NCBI GenBank assembly: GCA_963734495.1
Contig: CAVTHK010000001.1
Span: forward strand, 288,001-352,000
Reading direction: 5' to 3'
Length of the DNA: 64,000 nt
Origin: an uncultured Spirochaetota bacterium
GTDB lineage: Bacteria; Spirochaetota; Spirochaetia; SZUA-6; CAVTHK01
Shown: in pieces, positions 1-8,766 of the stretch
Position numbering within the stretch: position 1 is the stretch's first letter
Layout: every line of letters starts with the position of its first letter
The notes under the pieces: generated by a model
The model's database searches: none
What the model was told of the DNA's origin: nothing
Seen by the model: only the letters and a program-made list of their open reading frames with translations
Made by a program: the position numbers and the translations under genes

Positions 1-242
1 CACAGCCGCTCGACATCCCACACGTCCAGGCCGACCGCGGCCTGGCTGAGCGCCCGGGCCGACTCGTAGACCGCGAGATCCGGTCCCGGCTGCGCGTGGG
101 TGAACCCGACCCCCTCCACGCCGGCGTCCGTGTGCACGCGCACCACGATCTGTCCCGTGGCCGCATACGTGTACTTGCCGTTGCGGATGGCCTTGGCCCG
201 CGTGAGGCGGCAGATGTCGGTAAGGACCTCAGTGATCTTCAT
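1..242 (-). CDS. Mandelate racemase/muconate lactonizing (enolase superfamily) enzyme, N-terminal part; runs off the window edge
   Basis: Manual translation from ATG at 242: MKITEVLTDICRL...IVVRVHTDAGVEGVG...VGLDVWDVERL, the typical MR/MLE N-terminal domain; AGGAG RBS upstream. Confidence 0.8.
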   Translation of the reverse strand, partial: MKITEVLTDICRLTRAKAIRNGKYTYAATGQIVVRVHTDAGVEGVGFTHAQPGPDLAVYESARALSQAAVGLDVWDVERL

Positions 243-344
243 GGCTGTTGCTCCTGGGCGGCGCTGGGACGATATCTTTGCAGGTTCGGGCCTTTCCGTC
301 TATGGGCGGCAGGGGCGGGCGGCAGGGGCCTTCATTCTTTTTGT

Positions 345-373
345 TTGACTCCGCCAAAGGCGTGCATTAGGCT
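345..373 (+). promoter_or_regulatory. Putative sigma70-type promoter of the sugar ABC operon
   Basis: TTGACT-N17-TAGGCT about 170 nt upstream of ATG 541. Confidence 0.5.
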
Positions 374-540
374 TTCGTTCGGACTCCGCCCGGCGCGCGC
401 GCAGCGCGGCCATCGACGGGCGAAAGACGCCGACAGGGGGGCAAAGCACACACTCGGACAGGTCGCGACAAGCTTCAGGCCTGACGTCGGCGGAACACTG
501 GAATCCTTTAAGCCTCGGATCGTCCGAAGGAGGAGGAGAG

Positions 541-1929
541 ATGTCACGCAACCGTTGGATCGCGCTCTCGGTCATCGGGATCGCGCTGTTCGCCACAGGC
601 CTCGCGTTTGCCAGCGGCTCGAGCGAGCCTGCCGCCGGCGCGGCCCTGCCTGCCAAGCTGACCCTCACGGCGTGGGTCCAGGCCAACCAGGTGGAGGAGT
701 ACCGGTCCAAGAACCTGGTAACCGCCGGTGAGCGCCTGACCAAGGAGCTGGGAAGCACCACCGTCACGGTCCAGGCGACCCCTGACAGCGCCGGCTGGGG
801 CGACTACAAGAGGAAAGTCCTGCTGGCCTTCGAGGGCGGCACCGCCCCCGACATCATTCTTTCGGGGCACGAGGACGTCGCTCCCTGGAGCGAGAACGGC
901 TACATCCTCGCCCTCGACGATTACATCAAGAAGTACGCGAGCACCTACGACAACATCATTCCTTCGCTCTGGAAGTCCACCGAGTACAAAGGCAAGCGGT
1001 GGGCCATCCCGCAGGACACCGAGGCGCGGCCGCTGTTCTGGTCCAAGCCCGTGCTCAAGAAGCTCGGCTGGTCCGACGCCGACATCGCCGCCCTGCCGGA
1101 CAAGATCAAGAGCGGTCAGTTCACCCTGCAGGACATCCTGGACAACGCCAAGGCGGCCCAGGACCGCGGCATCGTGCCCAAGGGCAACGGCTTCTGGACG
1201 CGCTGGGGGCAGGGCAACGACTGGTACGAGTTCTACTTCTCGTTCGGCGGCCAGGTCCAGGACCCGGCGAGCGGCAAGCTGATCTTCGTCAAGGATGCGT
1301 GGCAGAAGTACTACCAGTACTTCTACGACGTCTTCAACACGTACGCCGTCTGCCGCAAGGACATCATAGGCGCCTCGACCTCCAAGGTGGTGTACCCCGG
1401 GGTCACAAGCGGCGACGTCGCCTTCTACTTCGGCGGCATCTGGCAGTGGGCCGACTGGGCCAAGAACTACGTCGCGGACAAAGGCGGCGAGCAGTACCTG
1501 TTCGACACCCTCGGCTACGGGCTCATCCCGGCCAGCACCAAGGGCGGCAGACCCACCACGGTCACTCACCCGCTCGTCTACATGGTCAACGCCAAGGGAA
1601 AATACCCGGAGGCCTCGTTCAGAGTGATCACGCTCGCCAGCGCCGACGACCTGAACACGCTCCACGCGGTCGGCAGCAGCCACCTCGGGATCAACAAGAC
1701 GCAGGCCAACTACCCCGCGTACGCCAACGCCAAGTTCCTCCAGTCGACCACGTACATGCTGGACTACACCTGGTTCATCCCCAACCACTTCAAGTTCGCC
1801 ACGTACGACAACGTGGCCTGGAAGGCTCTGACCGCCGTGGCGGCGGGACAGATGAAACCCGACCAGGCCGTCAAGCTGGTGGAGGACGAGCTCAAGGCGC
1901 AGATGCCGAACGACGTGATCTTCAAGTAG
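541..1929 (+). CDS. Carbohydrate ABC transporter substrate-binding protein (CUT1 family)
   Basis: Signal peptide; GTAPDI, G.ILALDDYI and GKRWAIPQDTEARPLFW motifs; strong RBS; first gene of a permease/permease/ATPase operon. Confidence 0.9.
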   Translation: MSRNRWIALSVIGIALFATGLAFASGSSEPAAGAALPAKLTLTAWVQANQVEEYRSKNLVTAGERLTKELGSTTVTVQATPDSAGWGDYKRKVLLAFEGGTAPDIILSGHEDVAPWSENGYILALDDYIKKYASTYDNIIPSLWKSTEYKGKRWAIPQDTEARPLFWSKPVLKKLGWSDADIAALPDKIKSGQFTLQDILDNAKAAQDRGIVPKGNGFWTRWGQGNDWYEFYFSFGGQVQDPASGKLIFVKDAWQKYYQYFYDVFNTYAVCRKDIIGASTSKVVYPGVTSGDVAFYFGGIWQWADWAKNYVADKGGEQYLFDTLGYGLIPASTKGGRPTTVTHPLVYMVNAKGKYPEASFRVITLASADDLNTLHAVGSSHLGINKTQANYPAYANAKFLQSTTYMLDYTWFIPNHFKFATYDNVAWKALTAVAAGQMKPDQAVKLVEDELKAQMPNDVIFK

Positions 1930-1942
1930 CCGTATGCCTCGC

Positions 1943-1989
1943 GCGGGGGATGCGGAGCGCCGGCTCCGCGTCCTCTGCCGCGGTTTTTT
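1943..1989 (+). terminator. GC-rich stem-loop plus U-tract after the SBP gene (partial terminator or mRNA stabiliser)
   Basis: GCGGGGGATGCGGAGC...GCTCCGCGTCCTCTGC followed shortly by TTTTTT. Confidence 0.55.
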
Positions 1990-2003
1990 CCGAGGAAGGG
2001 TCA

Positions 2004-2957
2004 ATGACAGCACGCACTCGCGGCGGCAGGATCGGGGCACGCCTGCGGAGCATGAGCCTCACGCCCCTTCTGTTCATCGGTCCGGCGGCGATCCTGGTCG
2101 CCCTGTTCTTCTTCCTCCCGGTGATCCTCACCATGGGGATCAGCCTGACCGATCTGGCGACGGCCACGTTCGGAGGGAGGGCCCACTTTGTCGGCCTGGA
2201 TAACTACCGGCGGATGGTCCTCTCCCCGTACACGATCAAGATCTTCGTCAACACGGTCGTCTACGTCGCCTGCACCCTTGTCTTTTTCAACGTGGGCATG
2301 GCGCTGATCATCTCGCTGCTGACCACCAGCATCAACAAGACGGCCGGTTCGCTCTTCCGCGCGATCTGGCTGCTGCCCCGCATCACGCCCGCGGTCATCT
2401 ACGTCATCATGTTCCAGTACATGCTGGCCGACGCGCCGTCGGGGATCCTCAGCCAGATCGTCGCCGCCCTCGGGGGTCAGGGGCAGAACTGGCTCTACAC
2501 CTACCCGATGATCGGGGTGATCGTGGCCAACGGGCTCATCGGCACCTCGTTCGGCATGATCATCTTTACCTCGGCCATCGAGTCCATCCCGCCGGACTAC
2601 ATCATCGCGGCGAAAGTGGACGGGGCGTCCACCTGGCAGATCATGCGGCGCATCACGATCCCGCTGATCCGCTGGCCGCTGCTCTTTGTCATTGCCTACC
2701 AGACGCTTTCGCTGCTCACCTCTTTCGAGCAGATCCTGCTGCTGACAGGCGGCGGGCCGGGCTTCTACACGACCGAGGTCTGGGCCCTGTACGCCTACCA
2801 CACGGCGCTGTCCAACTACTACGGCAACACGGAGTTCGGCTACGGAGCCGCCCTCGCAGCGCTGCTGGTCGTCATCGGGATCGTCGCCTCTGTCGTGTAC
2901 CTGCGGGTCTTCAGGTTCCGGCAGATGGTGGCGGAGCCCAAGATCGAGGTGCTATGA
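2004..2957 (+). CDS. Carbohydrate ABC transporter permease (MalF-like)
   Basis: FVGLDNY motif, EAA-like loop (YIIAAKVDGASTWQIMRRITIP), multiple TM helices; start reassigned to ATG 2004 with GAGGAAGG RBS. Confidence 0.88.
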   Translation: MTARTRGGRIGARLRSMSLTPLLFIGPAAILVALFFFLPVILTMGISLTDLATATFGGRAHFVGLDNYRRMVLSPYTIKIFVNTVVYVACTLVFFNVGMALIISLLTTSINKTAGSLFRAIWLLPRITPAVIYVIMFQYMLADAPSGILSQIVAALGGQGQNWLYTYPMIGVIVANGLIGTSFGMIIFTSAIESIPPDYIIAAKVDGASTWQIMRRITIPLIRWPLLFVIAYQTLSLLTSFEQILLLTGGGPGFYTTEVWALYAYHTALSNYYGNTEFGYGAALAALLVVIGIVASVVYLRVFRFRQMVAEPKIEVL

Positions 2958-3781
2958 AGATCCGCGTCGGTTCCGTCGTGCCCTACTCCTGCTGATCGTC
3001 CTGAGCGCGCCCATCCTCGTGGGCTACTTCTGGCTCTTCGAGTCGTCGCTCTCGCTGCGCACCTATGGCCTGAAGGCCGAGGGCCTGACTCTCGAGAACT
3101 GGCGCTTTCTCATCGAGCCCATCCGCAGCAGGCCGGGCATCTGGCGGGTGCTCCTCAGCACTCTCGCCTTTGCGGTGCCCCTTTCCCTGCTGGACATGAC
3201 GGTCTCGTCCATGGCCGGGTACGCGCTTTCGCGGCTCAAGTTCCCGGGGCGGCGGTACGTTTCTTTCGTTTACGATCATCCTGCACGCGTTTCCCAGCGC
3301 GACGCTCCTCATCGCCATCTTCTTCGTCCTGCGCGCCGTGCGGCTCTACGACAGCATCCTGGGCGTGGTCCTGGTCAGCGCGAGCCTGGGCCTGCCCCTC
3401 GGAATCTGGCTGATGAAGGGTTTCTTCGACAACGTCTCGTGGGACATCGAGATGGCCGCGCTGATCGACGGCTGCTCGCGCCTGCGCGCGTGGTGGAAAG
3501 TCGTCCTCCCCATCGTCCGCCCGGGGCTCGCAGCGCTCGTCGTGTTCTCGTTCCTCTCGGGATGGGGCGCCTACATCATCCCCTACACCTTTCTCGTGAC
3601 TGCGGGCATCCAGCCGATCTCCGTCTACCTGCAGAGCCTCACCGGCGACTACACGTTCGTGAACTACGGCGTGGTCACCGCGGTCGGATTGTTCCAGCTC
3701 ATCCCGGTGGTCATCTTCTACACCTTCGCGCAGCGCAGCCTCCTGAACCTCTACAGCGGCGGCATGAAGGGTTCGGCATAG
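2954..3781 (+). CDS. Carbohydrate ABC transporter permease (MalG-like), with two frameshifts (~2985 and ~3260)
   Basis: ATGA overlap at 2954; segments in successive frames join to give MKIRVGSVVPY / LLIVLSAPILVGYFW...AGYALSRLKFPGRR / FLSFTIILHAFP...EMAALIDGCSR...GGMKG. Confidence 0.8.
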
Positions 3782-3825
3782 CGGAGCACAAGGTGTCGGC
3801 GTAGCGACGGGAGCGAAAGCAAACC

Positions 3826-4911
3826 ATGGAAGTCACTCTGGACCGTGTCAGCAAGCTCTTCGGCAAGGTCAAGGCGGTCGACGAGGTGGGGCTCAAGGTG
3901 GGCGACGGCGAGTTCGTCGCGCTCCTCGGCCCCTCGGGGTGCGGCAAGACCACGACCTTGCTCATGATCGCCGGCATCTACAAGCCCAGCGCGGGCGAGA
4001 TCCGCTTCGGCGACCGCGTGGTGAACGCGCTGCTGCCCAAAGACCGCAGGATCGGCATGGTCTTTCAGAGCTACGCCCTCTATCCCCACATGACGGTCTA
4101 CGAGAACATCGTGTTCCCGCTTCGGCTCCAGCGCATGCCGGAAAAGCAGATGCGCGAGCGCGCGGACCGGATGGCCGAGCTGGTCCAGATCCAGGAGCTC
4201 CTGGACCGCAGGCCCGGCCAGCTCTCCGGCGGCCAGCAGCAGCGCGTCGCGCTCTCGCGCGCCCTGGTCAAGGAGCCCGACATCCTGCTGCTGGACGAGC
4301 CGCTGTCCAACCTCGACGCGAAGCTCCGCATCGCGATGCGCGGCGAGATCAAGCGCCTGCAGAAGCAGCTCGGCATCACCACGATCTTCGTCACGCACGA
4401 CCAGCTCGAGGCCATGACGATGGCGGACCGCATCGCGCTCATGAGGAACGGCCGTCTCATGGACTACCGCGACCCGCACGAGATGTACGACCGCCCGCGC
4501 TCCCAGTTCACGGCCGACTTTATCGGCAGCCCGCCCATCAACTTCCTGCGGGCGCGCGTCGAGCAGGCCGACGGCGCGGTCTCGCTGGTCGGCGAAGGTT
4601 TCCGCGTGAGGCTCTCCGGCGAAATGGAGCGCAGGGCGAGATCCCTGGGCGCGGGACGCGAAGTCGTGGTGGCCATCAGGCCCGAGGACATCTCCCTGGA
4701 GGAGGCGCCCGGCGACGCCAGCGCCGAGGTCTACGTGGTGGAGCCGCTCGGCCGCGACATGCTCGTCGAGCTGCGGGTGGGAGACGCCACCGTGCGCGTG
4801 CTCGCGCCCCATCTGTTCCGCGCAGCCATCGGCGCGAAGGTCTCGGTGACCCTGGACCGCTCCCGGATCCACCTCTTCGACCCGCGGACCGAGGAGGCGA
4901 TCGAAAATTGA
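3826..4911 (+). CDS. Sugar ABC transporter ATP-binding protein (MalK/UgpC family)
   Basis: GPSGCGKTT, MVFQSYALYPHMTV, LSGGQQQR, LLLDEPLSNLD; C-terminal TOBE region. Confidence 0.95.
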   Translation: MEVTLDRVSKLFGKVKAVDEVGLKVGDGEFVALLGPSGCGKTTTLLMIAGIYKPSAGEIRFGDRVVNALLPKDRRIGMVFQSYALYPHMTVYENIVFPLRLQRMPEKQMRERADRMAELVQIQELLDRRPGQLSGGQQQRVALSRALVKEPDILLLDEPLSNLDAKLRIAMRGEIKRLQKQLGITTIFVTHDQLEAMTMADRIALMRNGRLMDYRDPHEMYDRPRSQFTADFIGSPPINFLRARVEQADGAVSLVGEGFRVRLSGEMERRARSLGAGREVVVAIRPEDISLEEAPGDASAEVYVVEPLGRDMLVELRVGDATVRVLAPHLFRAAIGAKVSVTLDRSRIHLFDPRTEEAIEN

Positions 4912-5090
4912 AGCAATGCACCGGCCGGGCGCGGGGCTCGCGGCCGCCGCGGCCCCGACGCGACCATGGCCGCCGCGAGCTGGCCGCGCGCTATGCGCCG
5001 CTGATCTACTTCGACGCGAAGGATCTCTTCGAGTGGATCCCGATGCGCATCGACTGGTGGCTCGACCAGCTCGAGGGGGGCGCGGCGTGA
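4908..5090 (+). pseudogene. Short ORF, probable internally deleted gene remnant
   Basis: ...ELAARYAPLIYFDAKDLFEWIPMRIDWWLDQLEGGAA*; host-like codon usage; overlaps both neighbours (TTGA and GTGA). Confidence 0.4.
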
Positions 5091-5803
5091 AATCGCCCCG
5101 CCGTTACCTCGCCGTCGCCCACCGCGGGGCGTCGGCCTACGAGCCCGAGAACACGCTGCGCGCTTTTCGGCGCGCCATCGAGCTGGGCGCGGACATGAGC
5201 GAGCTGGACGTCCATCTCAGCCGCGACGGTCACGCGATGGTGATGCACAACGCGACCGTGGAGCAGACGACCGACGGGCGCGGCGCCATCCGGGACATGA
5301 CGCTGGAGGAGCTCAAGCGCCTGGACGCGGGCGAGGGCGAGCGGATCCCGACCCTCCAGGAGGCCATGGACGTCGTGCGCGGGAAGAACGGGCTGTACAT
5401 AGAGCTCAAGGGCGAAGGCACCCCGCCGGTGGTCGTGAGCCTGCTGCGCGCCAACGGCTTCACGGACCGCAGGCAGGTCATCGCCGGGTCGTTCAACGCG
5501 GCGCTGGCGGGCGAAGTCAAGAAGCTCGCCCCCGAGATCGCCACCTCGCTGCTCGTCAGCCCGGTGCTCCCCGCCGCGGAGCTCATCGCGATGACCCGCG
5601 CCGCGGGGGCCGACTACGTGCACCTGTGCTGGGAGCGCAGGCATCCCCAGCCGCACACGCTGCTCACCCCCGCGCTGCTCGCGGACCTGCGCGCGGCGGG
5701 CCTGGGCATCGTGCTCTGGCACGAGGAGCGGCCCGAGGAGATCGCCGTCCTGCGCACGCTCGACATCGACGCCATCTGCAGCAACGCGCCCGACCTGCTT
5801 TGA
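5087..5803 (+). CDS. Glycerophosphodiester phosphodiesterase (GDPD family)
   Basis: AHRGASAYEPENTLRAF, ELDVHLSRDG, IPTLQE and IELKG motifs; GTG start at 5087. Confidence 0.92.
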   Translation: MKSPRRYLAVAHRGASAYEPENTLRAFRRAIELGADMSELDVHLSRDGHAMVMHNATVEQTTDGRGAIRDMTLEELKRLDAGEGERIPTLQEAMDVVRGKNGLYIELKGEGTPPVVVSLLRANGFTDRRQVIAGSFNAALAGEVKKLAPEIATSLLVSPVLPAAELIAMTRAAGADYVHLCWERRHPQPHTLLTPALLADLRAAGLGIVLWHEERPEEIAVLRTLDIDAICSNAPDLL

Positions 5804-5898
5804 CCCGCCCGCGGTCGGCCGGCACGCGGTCGGTCGCGGTCGGCCGGCCGGTTGGCAACGCCGCCGGTATTCGCTACGATCCTCACCCGGGAGGCGGC

Positions 5899-6483
5899 AT
5901 GCCGAAAGTCGTCGTGGACCCGATGCGGCCGGTGTACCCGACTCCGGCCGCGCTGATCTCCTGCGTCTCGCGGGACGGCAGGCCGAACATCATCACGCTG
6001 GGCGAGGTCTTCAACGTGAGCCTCCGCCGCCCTCCGATCGTGGGACTCGCGATCCGCAAAGCCACCTTCTCCCACGGACTGATCTCGGATACCAGAGAGT
6101 TCGTGGTGAACCTGCCCGGCACGCGGCTCCTGCGCGAGACCGACCTCTGCGGCTCCTGCTCCGGCCGCGACACCGACAAGTTCGCGGAGACCGGGCTCAC
6201 GGCGATCCCCGCCGAAAAGGTGAAGCCCCCGCTGATCGCGGAGTGCCCGGTGAACATCGAGTGCCGCCTGCTCAGCGTGCAGGAGATGGGGGACCACGAT
6301 CTGTTCCTCGGCGAAGTCCTGCTGGTCCACGCGGACGACTCGGTTCTCGACGGGGAGGGCAGGGTGTCGCCCGCGAAGCTGGAGCCCTTCGTGTTCATGT
6401 ACAACTGCGGTCACGCGGGCGAATACTGGGGCCTGGGCGGCAAGATCGCGGACGCCTGGTTCACGCGGCGGGGAAAGGAATGA
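5899..6483 (+). CDS. Flavin reductase-like (DIM6/NTAB) family protein
   Basis: YPTPAALIS, EFVVN, SGRDTDKF, PLIAECPVNIEC and GDHDLFLGEV motifs; GGAGG RBS. Confidence 0.88.
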   Translation: MPKVVVDPMRPVYPTPAALISCVSRDGRPNIITLGEVFNVSLRRPPIVGLAIRKATFSHGLISDTREFVVNLPGTRLLRETDLCGSCSGRDTDKFAETGLTAIPAEKVKPPLIAECPVNIECRLLSVQEMGDHDLFLGEVLLVHADDSVLDGEGRVSPAKLEPFVFMYNCGHAGEYWGLGGKIADAWFTRRGKE

Positions 6484-7340
6484 CGCCCATGACTGTCTAC
6501 TTCAACGGCCGTTTCATGCCCGCGGACGAGGTCCGCATCTCCCCCGACGACCGGGGCTTCCTGTTCGCGGACGGCGTCTACGAGGTGATCAGGACCTACG
6601 GCCGCCGGCTCTTCCGACTCGAGGCGCACCTCGCGCGGCTGGGCCGCAGCCTCAGGGAGCTGCGCATCGCGTTCGACGGCGTCGCCGCCCTCGGAGGCGT
6701 CTGCGAAGAGCTCCTTGCCCGCAACCCTCTTCCCGCGGCGGAGGCGCGATTCTATATTCAGATCACGAGGGGAGTCGCGCCGCGCAGCCATGCCTTTCCG
6801 CCGCCGGGGACGCCGCCGACAGTCTACGCGTGCGTGCACGGCCTCGAGCCCGAGACGGAGCAGCAGGCAGCCGGCATCCGCGTGGTGCTCGCGAGCGACA
6901 ACCGGTGGGGACGCTGCGACATCAAGTCCGTCGCGCTTCTGGCCAATGTCCTCGCCCTCCAGAGGGCGATCGATGAGGGGGCGGAGGAGGCAGTGTTCGT
7001 CCGCGACGGGCTCGTGACGGAGGGGACGCACAGCAACGTCTTTGCCGTCGTGGACGGCGTGGTGCGCACGGCGCCCCTTTCGGGCACCGTGCTCCCGGGC
7101 GTCACGCGCGACGTCGTGCTCGAGGTCTGCCGCTCGGAGCGCGTGGACGTCGAGGAGGGTCCGCTGAGCGACGCGGCCTTCCTCGCCGCCGAGGAGGCCT
7201 TCGTGACGGGCACCACGGCGGAGATCACGCCGATCGTGGCCGTCGGCGGGCGGCCGATCGCGGGCGGACGGCCGGGGCCTGTCACGAGGCGCCTGCAGGC
7301 CGCGTTCCGCGCCTTTGTCCTGGGAGGGACCCATGGGTGA
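6480..7340 (+). CDS. D-amino-acid aminotransferase-like, class IV PLP aminotransferase
   Basis: DDRGFLFADGVYEVIR, RCDIKS (PLP lysine), VTEGTHSNVF and LPGVTR motifs. Confidence 0.88.
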   Translation: MTPMTVYFNGRFMPADEVRISPDDRGFLFADGVYEVIRTYGRRLFRLEAHLARLGRSLRELRIAFDGVAALGGVCEELLARNPLPAAEARFYIQITRGVAPRSHAFPPPGTPPTVYACVHGLEPETEQQAAGIRVVLASDNRWGRCDIKSVALLANVLALQRAIDEGAEEAVFVRDGLVTEGTHSNVFAVVDGVVRTAPLSGTVLPGVTRDVVLEVCRSERVDVEEGPLSDAAFLAAEEAFVTGTTAEITPIVAVGGRPIAGGRPGPVTRRLQAAFRAFVLGGTHG

Positions 7341-7827
7341 AACCGACCGCAAGGCTGTCCTCGCATCGTTTCGCGCCGGCCCGGAGAGGCTGCGCAAGGC
7401 GGTCAAAGGACTCCCGCCGGCGCTGATCGACTTCAGGCCGTTCGCCGACGCGTGGACCATCCGCGAGAACGTCGCGCACCTGTGCGACGCCGAGGCCTAC
7501 GCGTACGCGCGCCACCGCAAAGCCCTGGCGGAGCCGGGGGCCCGCGTCGACATGTGGGACGAGATCAAGTTCCACGAGCGGCTGCGCTACGGCTCCCGCG
7601 ACATGGCCGCCGCGCTCGCGCTGTACGCGGCGCTGCGCCTGGCGACCGCCGACCTGCTCGACCTGTTCGCGGCCGAGGACTGGAGCGGGTACACCGTCGA
7701 GCATGCGAAGCGAGGCACGATGACCCTCGAAGGGCTCCCGGAGTTCTTTGCCGACCACGACACCTTCCACCTCGACCTCATCGAGCGCAACAAGAAGTTG
7801 TGGAAGGAGAAGAAGGGCGCCGGCTGA
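7333..7827 (+). CDS. DinB/YfiT-like family protein
   Basis: WTIRENVAHLCDAE and C-terminal HDTFHL metal-binding histidines. Confidence 0.8.
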   Translation: MGETDRKAVLASFRAGPERLRKAVKGLPPALIDFRPFADAWTIRENVAHLCDAEAYAYARHRKALAEPGARVDMWDEIKFHERLRYGSRDMAAALALYAALRLATADLLDLFAAEDWSGYTVEHAKRGTMTLEGLPEFFADHDTFHLDLIERNKKLWKEKKGAG

Positions 7828-7858
7828 CGCCCCCGCCCCGCCGGGCGGAGGCGTCGCT

Positions 7859-8707
7859 TCAAAGCGACTCGACCCAGCGGGCGATGAGCGCGGCCACCTC
7901 GCGCTCGTGGCCGTTGTAGTTGTGGTCCGAGCCTTCGACCATGGCCGTGTCGACCCGGGGCGCGGCCTTCGCGTTGCGCCGCACGGTCTCCAGGTCCGCC
8001 GCGGTCCCGATCGACGCCTCCTCTGTCCCGTAGAAGGCGAGGATCGGGCACTCGATGCGCGCGACCGCGGGGTCTCTCGTCCGATCGCCGTAGACGTCGA
8101 TGCCGGCGCGGATCCAGCCGAGCACCGTCTGCGCCGAAAGCGTGCCGGCCCCGGCATCCATGAAGTCCCAGGGCAGCAGGTCGCGGCCCCGTCCCTCGGC
8201 CTCCATCTTCGCGGCCTGCTCCCGGGTCGCGTCCGACCACTTGCCCGCGTGCAGCGGCGGCGAGGCCGCGATCAGCGCCTTGACCCTCGGGTCCCGGCGC
8301 TGCGCCTGGTAGTAGCACACCTTGAGCGAGCCGAGGCTGTGACCGAGCAGGACGACCTCGCCGTTCCCGATACCCGCCGCGAGGTCGATCCAGGCCGCGA
8401 CGTCGCGGGGCGAGTCCTCGAACAGCTCCCAGGCCCCGCCCGCGATCAGGCGCTGCAGGTCCGCCGTCCGCAGGATTGCGCCGAAGTCGCGCCCGCGGTT
8501 GTTGCCCGTGACGAAGACGTGACCGCGCTCCGCGAGGCCCCTGCCGATGGTGACGATCTGCCGGGCGTAGAACTTGCCGGTCAGGCCGTGCACCCAGATG
8601 ATCGGCCGCCCCTGCCTGATCGGGCCCGACGGCCTGACGACCGCGCCCTCCAGGACGTAGCCGTCCTCGCTCTGAACGTAGACAAGCTCTTCGGCGTATC
8701 CTGGCAT
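7859..8707 (-). CDS. Alpha/beta hydrolase (DUF1749-like)
   Basis: WVHGLTG, GHSLG nucleophile elbow, C-terminal GSDH; start ATG 8707. Confidence 0.82.
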   Translation of the reverse strand: MPGYAEELVYVQSEDGYVLEGAVVRPSGPIRQGRPIIWVHGLTGKFYARQIVTIGRGLAERGHVFVTGNNRGRDFGAILRTADLQRLIAGGAWELFEDSPRDVAAWIDLAAGIGNGEVVLLGHSLGSLKVCYYQAQRRDPRVKALIAASPPLHAGKWSDATREQAAKMEAEGRGRDLLPWDFMDAGAGTLSAQTVLGWIRAGIDVYGDRTRDPAVARIECPILAFYGTEEASIGTAADLETVRRNAKAAPRVDTAMVEGSDHNYNGHEREVAALIARWVESL

Positions 8708-8766
8708 CGCTCCCGGCCTCCCTTTCGCGCGGCGCCGCCTCTGCGGCCGGGCCGCAGTCGACGATA

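Noticed and set aside
418-505. Confident call of a glycine or c-di-GMP-I riboswitch
   Set aside because: Only fragments of the consensus match, so it is kept as an unassigned structured-leader candidate
544-2040. Long antisense ORFs mirroring real genes throughout the window
   Set aside because: Typical shadow ORFs of GC-rich codon usage, with no motifs
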